From contig JBNKCR010000055.1 in the NCBI GenBank assembly GCA_050287845.1, positions 186,637-250,636 of the forward strand: 64,000 bases of DNA, given 5' to 3'. Below are positions 50,437 to 59,781 of this stretch, in pieces. Source of the stretch: Polyangia bacterium. Its GTDB lineage: Bacteria; Myxococcota_A; Polyangia; JAAYKL01. The position numbers and the translations under genes were made by a program. Position 1 is the stretch's first letter. The number at the start of each line of letters is the position of its first letter. The notes below the pieces were generated by a model. That model was not told the DNA's origin, ran no database searches, and saw nothing but the letters and a program-made list of their open reading frames with translations.

Positions 50437-51504
50437 TCATGTTGTCAGCACAATGAAAACCGCCGCAACTGCGGCAACAATGCCCAGCACAATGACGGCG
50501 ATGAGGATTGCGTTGTGCCTGCGGTCTTCCGGCAGTTCAACATCAATGCGAATCTGATTGGTCATTTCGAACTGCTTCTGCGCCGCGATATTCTGCATTT
50601 CAAGGGTTTCTTCGTATAAGTTGGCCTGTCCCCGAAGACCCAGATTGGCCTGCATACCAGCTTCCAGACACAGTTTGACGAGTGTCGGCAAAGGCGGCGT
50701 CGCGATATTCATATGACGTGCCAGACGGGTAATCCCGGTTTCCAGAATTTCGCGACTGTTCATTTTGCCGGCATCCACCAGCACATATGCAGCGAATCTG
50801 GCGAAGCAGGTGATTTTGCCAAGCAGATTCCCGGTGGTGGCCGCTTCGTCAAACGAAACACAAATGGCATCCGCCACCGTCTTCGGCAGACCATTCAGGT
50901 TGAGTAGCCGGCCGCCGGTTTTTTCCGAAGCGATGCCGTATCGCGCTGATTCCAGCTGAAACCGGCCATCTGGTGAACTGTTGGATTTGGTCCATATTTT
51001 TGAGTAACCGTCGCCGTCCCGATGATTCACCGCAAGGGCGCCGATTTCGCAGAGCAGTCCACACAGAAACCCATCAACCGGATCCTCCCCAACCTTTTCT
51101 GCCAGCTGTCTCGCGATGGTCGCGGAGACCACACTGGTTTCCCTCATGGTGGAGGCGATTTCGTTTTCAGATGAAAACATGGCCAGCATGCTGAGACCCG
51201 CCGCCATGGCGTGCAGCTCCTGCATACCGATGAGCACCACCGCCCGCTTCAAGTCCACAATGTCCCGGTCATGGGCGTAAATGGGGCAATTGGCTACCTT
51301 GAGAACTTCCGCTGCCAGCGAAGGACTTCTCGACAACGTTTCCACCACTGGACGAATCTGTGCATCCGGCCTGTTGGTCAGTTGGAGCAGTTTCTGAATG
51401 GTCGGCGATATTTTTGTGGACCCCGCCAAATCGTCCAGCAGTGCCTGTGGGCGCTCTTCCACATCCAGCTGAAGCCATGTTGGATCACCAGAATGAGCAG
51501 ACAT
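50437..51504 (-). CDS. HDOD domain protein with C-terminal TM helix
   Basis: SPSLAAEVLKVANCPIY, RAVVLIG, GLLCEIGAL; hydrophobic C-terminus; AAGGAG RBS before ATG 51504. Confidence 0.8.
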   Translation of the reverse strand: MSAHSGDPTWLQLDVEERPQALLDDLAGSTKISPTIQKLLQLTNRPDAQIRPVVETLSRSPSLAAEVLKVANCPIYAHDRDIVDLKRAVVLIGMQELHAMAAGLSMLAMFSSENEIASTMRETSVVSATIARQLAEKVGEDPVDGFLCGLLCEIGALAVNHRDGDGYSKIWTKSNSSPDGRFQLESARYGIASEKTGGRLLNLNGLPKTVADAICVSFDEAATTGNLLGKITCFARFAAYVLVDAGKMNSREILETGITRLARHMNIATPPLPTLVKLCLEAGMQANLGLRGQANLYEETLEMQNIAAQKQFEMTNQIRIDVELPEDRRHNAILIAVIVLGIVAAVAAVFIVLTT

Positions 51505-51603
51505 CAAATCTCCTTCAGATGACATGTGTTCCATGTCGCCCCCGTGAAGTATTGCTTCCACCAGGGTAGATCGGCCGAGTTCATGAATAATTAATAGGAG
51601 ATA

Positions 51604-52542
51604 TCAGCTGAAGGCCACCACATTTTCAATATTCTTCCGGTTCGTCAGCAGCATTACCACTCTATCCAGCCCCATGGCCATTCCGGCACAGGCCGGCATG
51701 CCGTGACGCAGGGCAGTCAGGAACTGTTCATCGGTTGGATACGCCGGTTTTCCGGCGTTTCTTCGCAGGGTTTCTTCTTCTTCAAATCGTTCCCGCTGCA
51801 TGGATTCATCGGTCAGTTCTTCAAAGCCATTGGCCAGTTCCAGACCGGCCGCATACAGTTCCAGACGCAGCGCGCGCTCTGGATTGCGGGCGTCCAGTCT
51901 GGCCAGAGATGCCATGCTTGCCGGATATCCACAAAGAAACACCGGCTTGTCCAGGGGGAGGGCGGGTTCCACTTTGTCGACCAAATCCATGTCAAACCGA
52001 AGGGATTCGGGCGCCGGTCCGGGACGCCAACCGGCAAATCGCCAAAAGGCATCCTGTACTTCCAGTGAATGCCAGGGGCGTTCCAGCGAAATCGCGGATT
52101 CCCCGAAGGGGATCGTCGGATAGATCTCCAGCGCTTCGGCGCCGGCCTGCAGAATCCCCTGACAGCGGGCTTTCAGTGTTTCCATGGTGGCGTCCACCTC
52201 ATACCATTCCAGCATGGTGAACTCCGGAAGATGCCGTTCACCCCGTTCCCCCTGCCGAAAGCACTTGGTGATCTGAAAAATACGATGATACCCGGCGGCC
52301 ACCATCCGCTTCATCTGCAGCTCCGGGGAGGCAATCAGAAAGTGATCTCCGCACGGTTCCGTGTCGATATTGAACTCCGGCGCAGGCGCCAGAATCCGAA
52401 TGGGGGTGGAAACTTCCAAAAAATCGTTCCGTTCAAAATAGCTGCGAATCCCCGCAAAAATCTGCGCCCGAGCCTCAAGCACCGGCCGTTTCCGTTGCAA
52501 TGCCAATGAGATCGTGGATGGGTCCAGTTGTAATTCTTTCAT
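51604..52542 (-). CDS. epmA: EF-P lysine aminoacylase EpmA (GenX)
   Basis: Class II LysRS catalytic core only: SPELQMKR, FRQGERGERHLPEFTMLEWY, ELANGFEELTD, GLDR. Confidence 0.93.
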   Translation of the reverse strand: MKELQLDPSTISLALQRKRPVLEARAQIFAGIRSYFERNDFLEVSTPIRILAPAPEFNIDTEPCGDHFLIASPELQMKRMVAAGYHRIFQITKCFRQGERGERHLPEFTMLEWYEVDATMETLKARCQGILQAGAEALEIYPTIPFGESAISLERPWHSLEVQDAFWRFAGWRPGPAPESLRFDMDLVDKVEPALPLDKPVFLCGYPASMASLARLDARNPERALRLELYAAGLELANGFEELTDESMQRERFEEEETLRRNAGKPAYPTDEQFLTALRHGMPACAGMAMGLDRVVMLLTNRKNIENVVAFS

Positions 52543-52679
52543 GGCCACGTATGTAGCATATCGTTGCGCAATATTGAAGTTTTCTATTGTGGTTGAATTT
52601 AATTCATGTCAGAGTATAAACATATCTGTACAGGATAAACTGTTGTTAAATTCCGATTAAATGGAAGGAGCATTCAACG

Positions 52680-53114
52680 ATGAAACAATGTCAATTGTGG
52701 GTTTTACTGATGATTTGTACGGCTGTCTTTTTTACCGGTTGTAAAGACGATGATTCGAAGAGCGGTTCGGCTGCGTCTGAAGCATCGTGCAATACGGTAT
52801 GTGAGAAAGCCGTTTCGTGTGGTGAATTCACATCCAACTCAGAATGCGTCACGGAGTGCACAACGTATTACTCCGCCAGCGAAATCGGCTGTGTAAACAA
52901 TTGCGACGAATCCGCGGATTGTGCCAATTGGTATGATTGCGGGGAAGCATGCTTTCCAGTAGTCCAGGGAAATGGTGAATATTGTCCGGGATATGTGATG
53001 GGTTCAGATGATGATGACTGTTGTCAGACCAACAACCCCTGCGACTGGTCGAACGACGATGTCTGTGACTGCGGTGGCAGTTGCACCTGGGACAATGCCG
53101 ATTGCAGCCAGTGA
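52680..53114 (+). CDS. Small Cys-rich lipoprotein
   Basis: FTGC lipobox, AAGGAG RBS, dense CxxxC patterns. Confidence 0.8.
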   Translation: MKQCQLWVLLMICTAVFFTGCKDDDSKSGSAASEASCNTVCEKAVSCGEFTSNSECVTECTTYYSASEIGCVNNCDESADCANWYDCGEACFPVVQGNGEYCPGYVMGSDDDDCCQTNNPCDWSNDDVCDCGGSCTWDNADCSQ

Positions 53115-53285
53115 AAATTCAAGCATTGCGCAATGGGCAGACACGCTATTCTGACTGGTTCAGCAATGTGCGGGGGCAAAAAACCTTTTGCCCTGTCGAT
53201 GGCTGCAGGGTAATCGCAAGAAACAGACGCCACGAGCGGCGCAACGGATTTGGTCCTCCGGCTGGACGGTTACCCTATCGTAACC

Positions 53286-54014
53286 CTATTCGTTGAACGT
53301 CACATAAATCTTTATGCCGTTCGGGGCCCAACGATTGGTGTCAAGCGCGTATAAACTCCAGCCACCACCTTGACTCAGGAACGGAGTCCATTGCGTCACC
53401 CCACACTTAGTACCTGAATCACATGCCTCGACACCAATCGCAAAATCGAGTTTTTTGTTGTCATTACCTACCCAGTTTTTTGTTTTTATCGAAAGCTTGT
53501 AAGCCCCTGGTTGATAATAGTTGTGGTCTGTTACATATCCAGTCTCCATTATTGTACCGACCTCACTTGCCCACGGCGTACAAATTTCTTGTCCGAAATT
53601 TACCAGACCGGTATCTGCGGCCTGCGCACAAATTTTAAAGTCCTTTCCCTTTATGGCATCGATCGTTCCGCGTTGGAGGTAAACTTTAATGGAGTCAGGC
53701 TGATAACAGTTCTCATCACAAGCCCATTGTGTAGACGCTTTACCAGCTGAAGCCCAATTAGTGGTTATTCTTACTTGTCCCTGAAGCTGGGTCCCTTTGT
53801 CTGCTAATTGTAATCCAATCCTGAAATTGTCGACAGAAACCAAGTTCTGAGGTTGAACCAAATCACTATCAAGGCTCATTTGTTTTTCATAGTCTTCATA
53901 GTCTTCGCATGTGATAAGGAACAAGGACACAATGCATGTCATTGCAAATATTCCGAAAAATTTACGCCAGGTTTCCCCGTTCGATTGGTCAGCTTTGATA
54001 ATTTTGTTTGTCAT
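53286..54014 (-). CDS. Hypothetical exported/lipoprotein, AT-richer than flanks
   Basis: Hydrophobic segment ending LITC; Trp/Cys-rich body with an apparent internal repeat (CTPWAS / WTPFLS); AAAGGA RBS. Confidence 0.7.
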   Translation of the reverse strand: MTNKIIKADQSNGETWRKFFGIFAMTCIVSLFLITCEDYEDYEKQMSLDSDLVQPQNLVSVDNFRIGLQLADKGTQLQGQVRITTNWASAGKASTQWACDENCYQPDSIKVYLQRGTIDAIKGKDFKICAQAADTGLVNFGQEICTPWASEVGTIMETGYVTDHNYYQPGAYKLSIKTKNWVGNDNKKLDFAIGVEACDSGTKCGVTQWTPFLSQGGGWSLYALDTNRWAPNGIKIYVTFNE

Positions 54015-54433
54015 AATACTTCCTTTCAATTTTCAGTTAGTTAATTGGGTAACAAAAAATCAATTAGTCAATTTTGTTGTTGGAGATATGGGAAGGATAA
54101 AAGCCATTTTGCGTTTAACTTCTATTCTTCGCAAATGCCGGTTTTTCGTTCGCAAGTGATTTCTATAGATTTAAAAATAGCATCTATCTGAAAAATGGCA
54201 AAATGCGTCTTGTGACCCAGGGATCTTCGCTCACGCTTCGACCTGTTGACACTATAAATACCGCCAATGGTAAATTGTTCTCCGGCTGATTGCGTTCAAA
54301 CGCCCGGATGGCACTTCAGTTTTAAGCTGCTGTCGCACCTTAAGACATTTATCGCGAATACTGAGTATTTGGCCGCACGCCGGTGTAGGTCAGTTGGCGT
54401 TCATTTTTGAATTGAAACGGGTGATGAGATGAA

Positions 54434-55678
54434 TCAGGTGGGGGATACGCCGGTGCAGATGCGGTTGCGTCCATGATTTTTGGCCTGATAGAGATGCTCA
54501 TCGGCCTCGGCCAGCATGGTACCGATAGACCCCGGTGTATCTGAGACGCCAATGCTGATGGTACAGCGTATGGTGTCGTTTTTGAATTGTACCGCGGCCC
54601 CTTCCACACTTGAACGCAATATCTCAAGCCGGTCGAATCGCTTCCCCGCTGACACAACGCAGAATTCCTCTCCGCCGAATCTGGCAACTAAATCATCAGG
54701 GGCATCAAAAATATTTTTAAGAATGTCGCTGACTGTACGCAACACTTCGTCCCCACCATCATGGCCGTATGTGTCGTTGACCTTTTTGAAAAAATCGATG
54801 TCCATCATGGCAACAAAAAATTTTGTTTCATCCTTTTGAAAACCCAGCAGCAACTGGTCAATCATGCCAAAGAAAAAGCGCCGGTTGTAGAGGCCTGTCA
54901 GGAAATCCCGCTGAGACAGATTGCGGATTTTCTCAATTTTATCAATGAGTTCTATGTTCTGCGTTACCCGGCAGTAAAATTCCTCGGTTAGAAATGGTTT
55001 CGGGAGAAAATCATTGGCTCCGTGCTTAATGAACTGGGAGGACAGATTGGCCGAACGCGTGTCAGAGATGCCAATGATGGCCAGTCGGTCGGGGGAATGG
55101 TACTGCCTTGCATTTCTGATGAGTTCCACGCCGTTCATTCCCGGCATATTGTAATCGGTAATCAACAGCGAAATATCTGAGCGGGATTTGAGCACCTCCA
55201 GCGCCATTTGTCCGTTCTCCACCAATATCGTTTTATATCGATGGGTTTGGAGCAGAGACTCGAAGTGGTTTCGCATACTGCGCGAGTCATCTGCCACCAG
55301 CACGCTGGTATTCGTGTTCAGCTCCAGTCGGTTCAGCATTCGAACGATATACTCAATACTGTGGCGGCCTTCCTTGAATACATAATCCACAATTCCCATT
55401 TTCCACAGGGTGTTTTGAAGTGCCGAGTCGAAATCCCGCGTAAAAACAAACGATGGCACTGAATACTGGCGAACAGCGGTGACAATTTCTGTGCCTGATG
55501 CATCCGGGAGCGTCAAATCCAGGACCGCCGCGAGAAATGTGGTGCGTTCTGAATCCAGCACTGAAATGGCGTCTTTCAGTGTTCCGGCAACTGTCACGTC
55601 AAACCCTTCCTCCGACAGTCGTGATTTCATAATCGCGGATAAGGAGCGGCTGTCTTCCACTACAAGCACTTTTGACAT
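54434..55678 (-). CDS. Diguanylate cyclase, REC-REC-GGDEF (PleD-like)
   Basis: Two receiver domains; DFLTGLYNRR, DIDFFKKVNDTYGH, RFGGEEF. Confidence 0.95.
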   Translation of the reverse strand: MSKVLVVEDSRSLSAIMKSRLSEEGFDVTVAGTLKDAISVLDSERTTFLAAVLDLTLPDASGTEIVTAVRQYSVPSFVFTRDFDSALQNTLWKMGIVDYVFKEGRHSIEYIVRMLNRLELNTNTSVLVADDSRSMRNHFESLLQTHRYKTILVENGQMALEVLKSRSDISLLITDYNMPGMNGVELIRNARQYHSPDRLAIIGISDTRSANLSSQFIKHGANDFLPKPFLTEEFYCRVTQNIELIDKIEKIRNLSQRDFLTGLYNRRFFFGMIDQLLLGFQKDETKFFVAMMDIDFFKKVNDTYGHDGGDEVLRTVSDILKNIFDAPDDLVARFGGEEFCVVSAGKRFDRLEILRSSVEGAAVQFKNDTIRCTISIGVSDTPGSIGTMLAEADEHLYQAKNHGRNRICTGVSPT

Positions 55679-55801
55679 ATCAGTTGTTTCCTCGATTTTA
55701 TAATACTATCCAAACACCTGACCTGTAATTATGACGTCCACGGGGGCATTTTCTGAAGTCGAATCAGCTCAAATTGTCGTCACTCTTTCTGCGACATGGA
55801 A

Positions 55802-55821
55802 CTAGAGCGGCGACCGGTTTG
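55802..55821. repeat. Solo copy of the terminal arm of the 11242-11425 element
   Basis: CTAGAGCGGCGACCGGTTTG is the exact reverse complement of 11406-11425. Confidence 0.75.
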
Positions 55822-55911
55822 TGCTGTGGGCGCGAGCGATGTAAGAGTGCAATCATCAACCCAACCCTGCTACCCGTCGTCACAAGTGGCTCGCACCCCC
55901 AGAAATCACCT

Positions 55912-55939
55912 CCCCAGAAATCACTCCGAGTCGTTTACG
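55912..55939 (+). repeat. Direct repeat, left copy (CCCCASAAATCACTCCGAGTCGTTTACG)
   Basis: 27 of 28 identical to 62180-62207; preceded by a stuttered CCCCAGAAATCAC unit. Confidence 0.85.
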
Positions 55940-56078
55940 TAGGAAGTAAACAGGGAGCGGACGTTCCCGGCGAAAAAACACAAAAAAACGAATGATGTTC
56001 CCGTATCAGGGGGGTAATGTGTCAACATGGCATACATGAACCACGCAGGGGATTGCGTTCAACGATAAGGAGATACCG

Positions 56079-56576
56079 GTGAGTACTCATTCAAGAAAAA
56101 GAGCGATGTTAAAACGCACGGTGCAGTGGCTGGCTGCGGGGGCGGTACCCTTTGTCATCACAGCCTGTTACGGTCCCCCCAATGGCCAGTGGCCCGACGA
56201 ATATGATGACGACACAACGGATACCAACTCTGACACCGCCAGTGTTCTGGACGATACTGCCAGTACTGGAGAATCGGTTGACTTTTCGTCTAACACGGTT
56301 GTCGCCAGATTGTCCGGTACAGTTGTGGATGCCACAGGCAATGGAATTGGCGGCATTCTGGTCAGTTGTCTGGATGCGGAAGGGGCGGAATTGGCGTCCG
56401 GATACACCACCGACGGCGATGGGGCGTTTGAAATCGAGTTGCCGACGGACTGTGTGACGGCCGTGTTTGAAGATGAGGACGGCGCTGCAACGGGGGGTGC
56501 ATTTGCCGGCAGACAATTGGCAATTTCAGAAATGGCGCCACAGAGCGAGGTGGTTATCCTTTCCCCGGCACAGTAG
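56079..56576 (+). CDS. Radical SAM-associated lipoprotein (lipobox ITA-C followed by YGPP; carboxypeptidase-regulatory-like beta domain)
   Basis: AAGGAG RBS + GTG; VITACYGPP; LSGTVVD.TG.GI.GI.V...TDGDGAF; abuts the rSAM gene. Confidence 0.85.
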   Translation: MSTHSRKRAMLKRTVQWLAAGAVPFVITACYGPPNGQWPDEYDDDTTDTNSDTASVLDDTASTGESVDFSSNTVVARLSGTVVDATGNGIGGILVSCLDAEGAELASGYTTDGDGAFEIELPTDCVTAVFEDEDGAATGGAFAGRQLAISEMAPQSEVVILSPAQ

Positions 56577-57680
56577 ATGATGAAGCCGACCCACGCGTCA
56601 CCAGGGCTGAAACAGTGGTTGCATCCAGTTCACAAACGGGTGGAGACCGCTTTTTACCCGTTGCGGTATCTGTTCCTGGAGATCACGGCGCGCTGCAATC
56701 TGTCGTGTCTTCATTGCGGCAGCGATTGCGGCAAAAGGGAAGCGCCCGGCACTCTGACTGTGGACCAGTGGAAAAAGACGATTGATCAGATTGCGGATGC
56801 GTTCATCCCCGCTGATGTTTTTCTGGTTGTCACCGGCGGCGAGCCCCTCTGTCACCCACAGCTCTCTCAAATACTCTCCCGCATTCGGCAACACGGATTT
56901 TCCTACGGCATGGTGTCTAACGGCTTCAGTCTGACGCAACCGAAGCTCGATGCATTGCTGCAGCTGAAAATGGCCTCCATGACCATCAGTCTGGATGGGA
57001 TGGAAAAACAGCATGATTGGCTGCGTGGAAAAAAGGGTTCGTTTGAACGCGCGATTGCTGCCATTGAAATGTTGGCGCAGAGTCGAATTCCCATCTTCGA
57101 TGTGGTGACCTGTGCCCACCCGGGCATGTTGCCGTATCTGCAGGAGATGGAATCCCTGCTGCGTCAGAAAGGGGTGTACCGCTGGCGACTTTTTTCCATC
57201 TTTCCCAAAGGTCGTGCGCGATTGAATGATGAGTTGATTCTGAACCCCAGTCAGCTGCGTTTTTTATTGTCGTTTATTGCCAACCGACGCCGAGAACTGA
57301 AGCCCACGCCATTTCAACTGGATTTCTGCTGTGAGGGATACCTGCCAGCTGCTATCGATGCCAAAGTGCGCACAGAACCGTACTTCTGTCGTGCCGGCAT
57401 CAACATCGGTTCTATTTTATCTGACGGAAGCATATCGGCATGTCCCAATATTTCCAGAAAACTGGTTCAGGGAAATATTATCGAAAATGACTTCAAAACA
57501 GTCTGGGAAACCGGTTTCGCCAGATTCAGAGATCGTTCGTGGATGAAAAACGGCCCGTGCGAAACATGTACGCACTGGTCAGCGTGTCAGGGCAACTCCC
57601 TGCATCTGTGGGACGAAACCACAAATCACACCTGTGTTTGTCACACCGCCGCCTTCACCGAATCCAAACGCTTCTTTTAA
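56577..57680 (+). CDS. Radical SAM/SPASM enzyme resembling the rSAM/lipoprotein-system family (TIGR04133)
   Basis: CNLSCLHCGSDC, TGGEPL, RWRLFSIFPKGRA, CEGYL, FCRAGINIGSILSDGSISACP, CETC....ACQGNSLHL. Confidence 0.92.
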   Translation: MMKPTHASPGLKQWLHPVHKRVETAFYPLRYLFLEITARCNLSCLHCGSDCGKREAPGTLTVDQWKKTIDQIADAFIPADVFLVVTGGEPLCHPQLSQILSRIRQHGFSYGMVSNGFSLTQPKLDALLQLKMASMTISLDGMEKQHDWLRGKKGSFERAIAAIEMLAQSRIPIFDVVTCAHPGMLPYLQEMESLLRQKGVYRWRLFSIFPKGRARLNDELILNPSQLRFLLSFIANRRRELKPTPFQLDFCCEGYLPAAIDAKVRTEPYFCRAGINIGSILSDGSISACPNISRKLVQGNIIENDFKTVWETGFARFRDRSWMKNGPCETCTHWSACQGNSLHLWDETTNHTCVCHTAAFTESKRFF

Positions 57681-57698
57681 CTGTCAAAACCTCTTCCC

Positions 57699-57724
57699 GT
57701 ACGGGCGGGGTGCTATCCCCGCCC
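57699..57724. repeat. REP-like hairpin / possible bidirectional terminator
   Basis: GTAC-GGGCGGGG-TGCTAT-CCCCGCCC between convergent genes. Confidence 0.55.
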
Positions 57725-57752
57725 AGGGAATATTGTTCGAGTCCTCAGCAGG

Positions 57753-59573
57753 CTATCTTCCGCCGACGGTCCCCTCGCGGCGTGCATCTGCGCCTCCTAT
57801 CAGGACATGGGAGGGATGACACTGCCTCGCGCGTCGTTCCCACGGCCGCCTGTGCCGCGTCGTTACCGGTTGAATGCTTGATACGCCGCTCTGTTGGGAA
57901 ACGATGTCCACCTCATGCCCCTTTGCGCGCAATGCGTCTGCGAGCGCGTCCGCATCGTAGTTCATCGTTACCTCCGGAATTGGCGTCTCTATGATGGTGC
58001 CGCCGTTCAGATTCATGTAGTGCGGCACATTGATAGCCTCCTGCGGGTCCAGCCCGAAATCCAGCACGTTCATGATGGACTGGGCGGTGTACCCGATGAT
58101 GGGGGCGCCCCCCGGGGATCCTGTCACCAGGGCGACACGCCCTTTGTCATCGAATACAATGGTCGGAGACATGGAGCTGCGAGGCCGTTTGTCAGGCTCA
58201 ACGCGATTCGCGATGGGCAGTCCATTTTCATCCTCGAACCGGAAGGAGAAGTCGGTCAGCTCGTTGTTGAGCAGGAATCCGCCCACCATGACCCCGTTGC
58301 CGAAGGCGCTCTCTATCGTCGTCGTCATGGAGAGCGCGTTGCCGTATCGGTCGACAATCGAAACATGGCTGGTTCCTTTCATTTTGGCCGTGTTGTCCGA
58401 CGCGCCGGGATCCACATATCCCGGCGGTTCCCCGGGTTCGGCGGTCCCCATGTCCATATCCGTGATGAGCGCTGCGCGATTTGCCAGATAGTCCTTGTCG
58501 AGCATGCCTTCGACCGGAACCGCGACGAAATCATTGTCGGCCACATATCTGTTCCGGTCTGCAAAGGCGAGCCGGCCAGCCTGAGAGAACAGGTGCACCG
58601 TGTCAATATCGAGGGGCGACAGATCGGTCAGGTCGAAGTTCTCGAGGATGCCGAGGATCTGTCCCACAGCCAATCCTCCGGACGACGGCGGCCCCATACC
58701 GCATACCTGATAACTGCGATAGTCGATGCAGACGGGCGCCCGCTCGACCACTTCGTAGCGCATCAGATCGTTCACAGTCATGTCTCCGGGGATGTGCAGA
58801 TCCCCCTGCACGGCTGCGGCGATCGCTTCTGCAATGAATCCGTTGTAAAAGGGGTCGACACCGTAGCGCGCGAGGGTTCGAAGGGTTTCGGCGTAGGCTT
58901 CGTTCCGAATCAGCGTCCCCGCGGATTTTGCTGTACAGTCATCGACATTGACAAAATACTCGAAGGCTGCGGGATCCCTGAAAAACAACCGCTCGCCATT
59001 GTCGCAGGAGGGGTTGCTCGCCAGCATCCACTCCACCTCATGACTGGTGCTCTCGGCCAACCGGAATCCGGCCAACGCCCGGGCTTCGGCCGGAAAGAAC
59101 AGCATACGCCAGGGCAGTCGGCCGTACCGTTCGTGCATGTACGCCATCATCCCGGGCACCCCCGGCACGCCGACGGATAGGCCGCTCTGCCACGCATTGA
59201 AGAAACCGATGGAGCTGCCGTTCTCCAGAAAGCGATCTTCGGTGGCGCTTCCCGGCGCCTTCTCCCGTGCGTCAATAGTGGTGGTCCGGCCAGTGCGCGC
59301 ATCGTAGTACACAACGAAGGCACCTCCGCCAAGACCGGTGGATTGGGGTTCGACCAACCCCAGCATGGCCTGCACGGCGATCATCGCGTCCGTGGCGGTA
59401 CCGCCGACTTTTAGAATGTAGGCCCCCACTTCGGTTGCGAGCGGGTGAGTGGTCACCACCATCTCCCGCTGGGTGATGACCGCGGTGGGCAAGCCTGAAT
59501 CGTCCGCGGCCCATGCAATGTTCGCTGCAAGACAGGTCACAACGAACGCAATCGATATTCCCTTGAAACGCAT
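57753..59573 (-). CDS. ggt: Gamma-glutamyltransferase
   Basis: Signal peptide; GLVEPQSTGLGGG, DARE.AP, PPSSGG, autoprocessing GTSHVSIVD, NNELTDFS, KRPRSSMSP, GSPGG. Confidence 0.95.
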   Translation of the reverse strand: MRFKGISIAFVVTCLAANIAWAADDSGLPTAVITQREMVVTTHPLATEVGAYILKVGGTATDAMIAVQAMLGLVEPQSTGLGGGAFVVYYDARTGRTTTIDAREKAPGSATEDRFLENGSSIGFFNAWQSGLSVGVPGVPGMMAYMHERYGRLPWRMLFFPAEARALAGFRLAESTSHEVEWMLASNPSCDNGERLFFRDPAAFEYFVNVDDCTAKSAGTLIRNEAYAETLRTLARYGVDPFYNGFIAEAIAAAVQGDLHIPGDMTVNDLMRYEVVERAPVCIDYRSYQVCGMGPPSSGGLAVGQILGILENFDLTDLSPLDIDTVHLFSQAGRLAFADRNRYVADNDFVAVPVEGMLDKDYLANRAALITDMDMGTAEPGEPPGYVDPGASDNTAKMKGTSHVSIVDRYGNALSMTTTIESAFGNGVMVGGFLLNNELTDFSFRFEDENGLPIANRVEPDKRPRSSMSPTIVFDDKGRVALVTGSPGGAPIIGYTAQSIMNVLDFGLDPQEAINVPHYMNLNGGTIIETPIPEVTMNYDADALADALRAKGHEVDIVSQQSGVSSIQPVTTRHRRPWERRARQCHPSHVLIGGADARREGTVGGR

Positions 59574-59781
59574 ACTTTCCTCCTTACGTTGATGGGGCAT
59601 GGATCCCCGCGCGAACCGTGGCGCCGTGACAGTGAATCACCGCTTTGAACACACCATGGGCCGCAATAACAGATTTGAATGATCATCCAGCAATAGCAGG
59701 AGAAGAAAGATTTACAACCGCAAAGAAGATAATCAGCGCAGAAGAGTGAGTTTCAGGCGCCCCAACTGCGGCGTGCTGGGC

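Noticed and set aside
54015..54433. Possible c-di-GMP riboswitch near the diguanylate cyclase
   Set aside because: No GEMM-type P1/P2 with tetraloop-receptor pattern found on either strand by eye.
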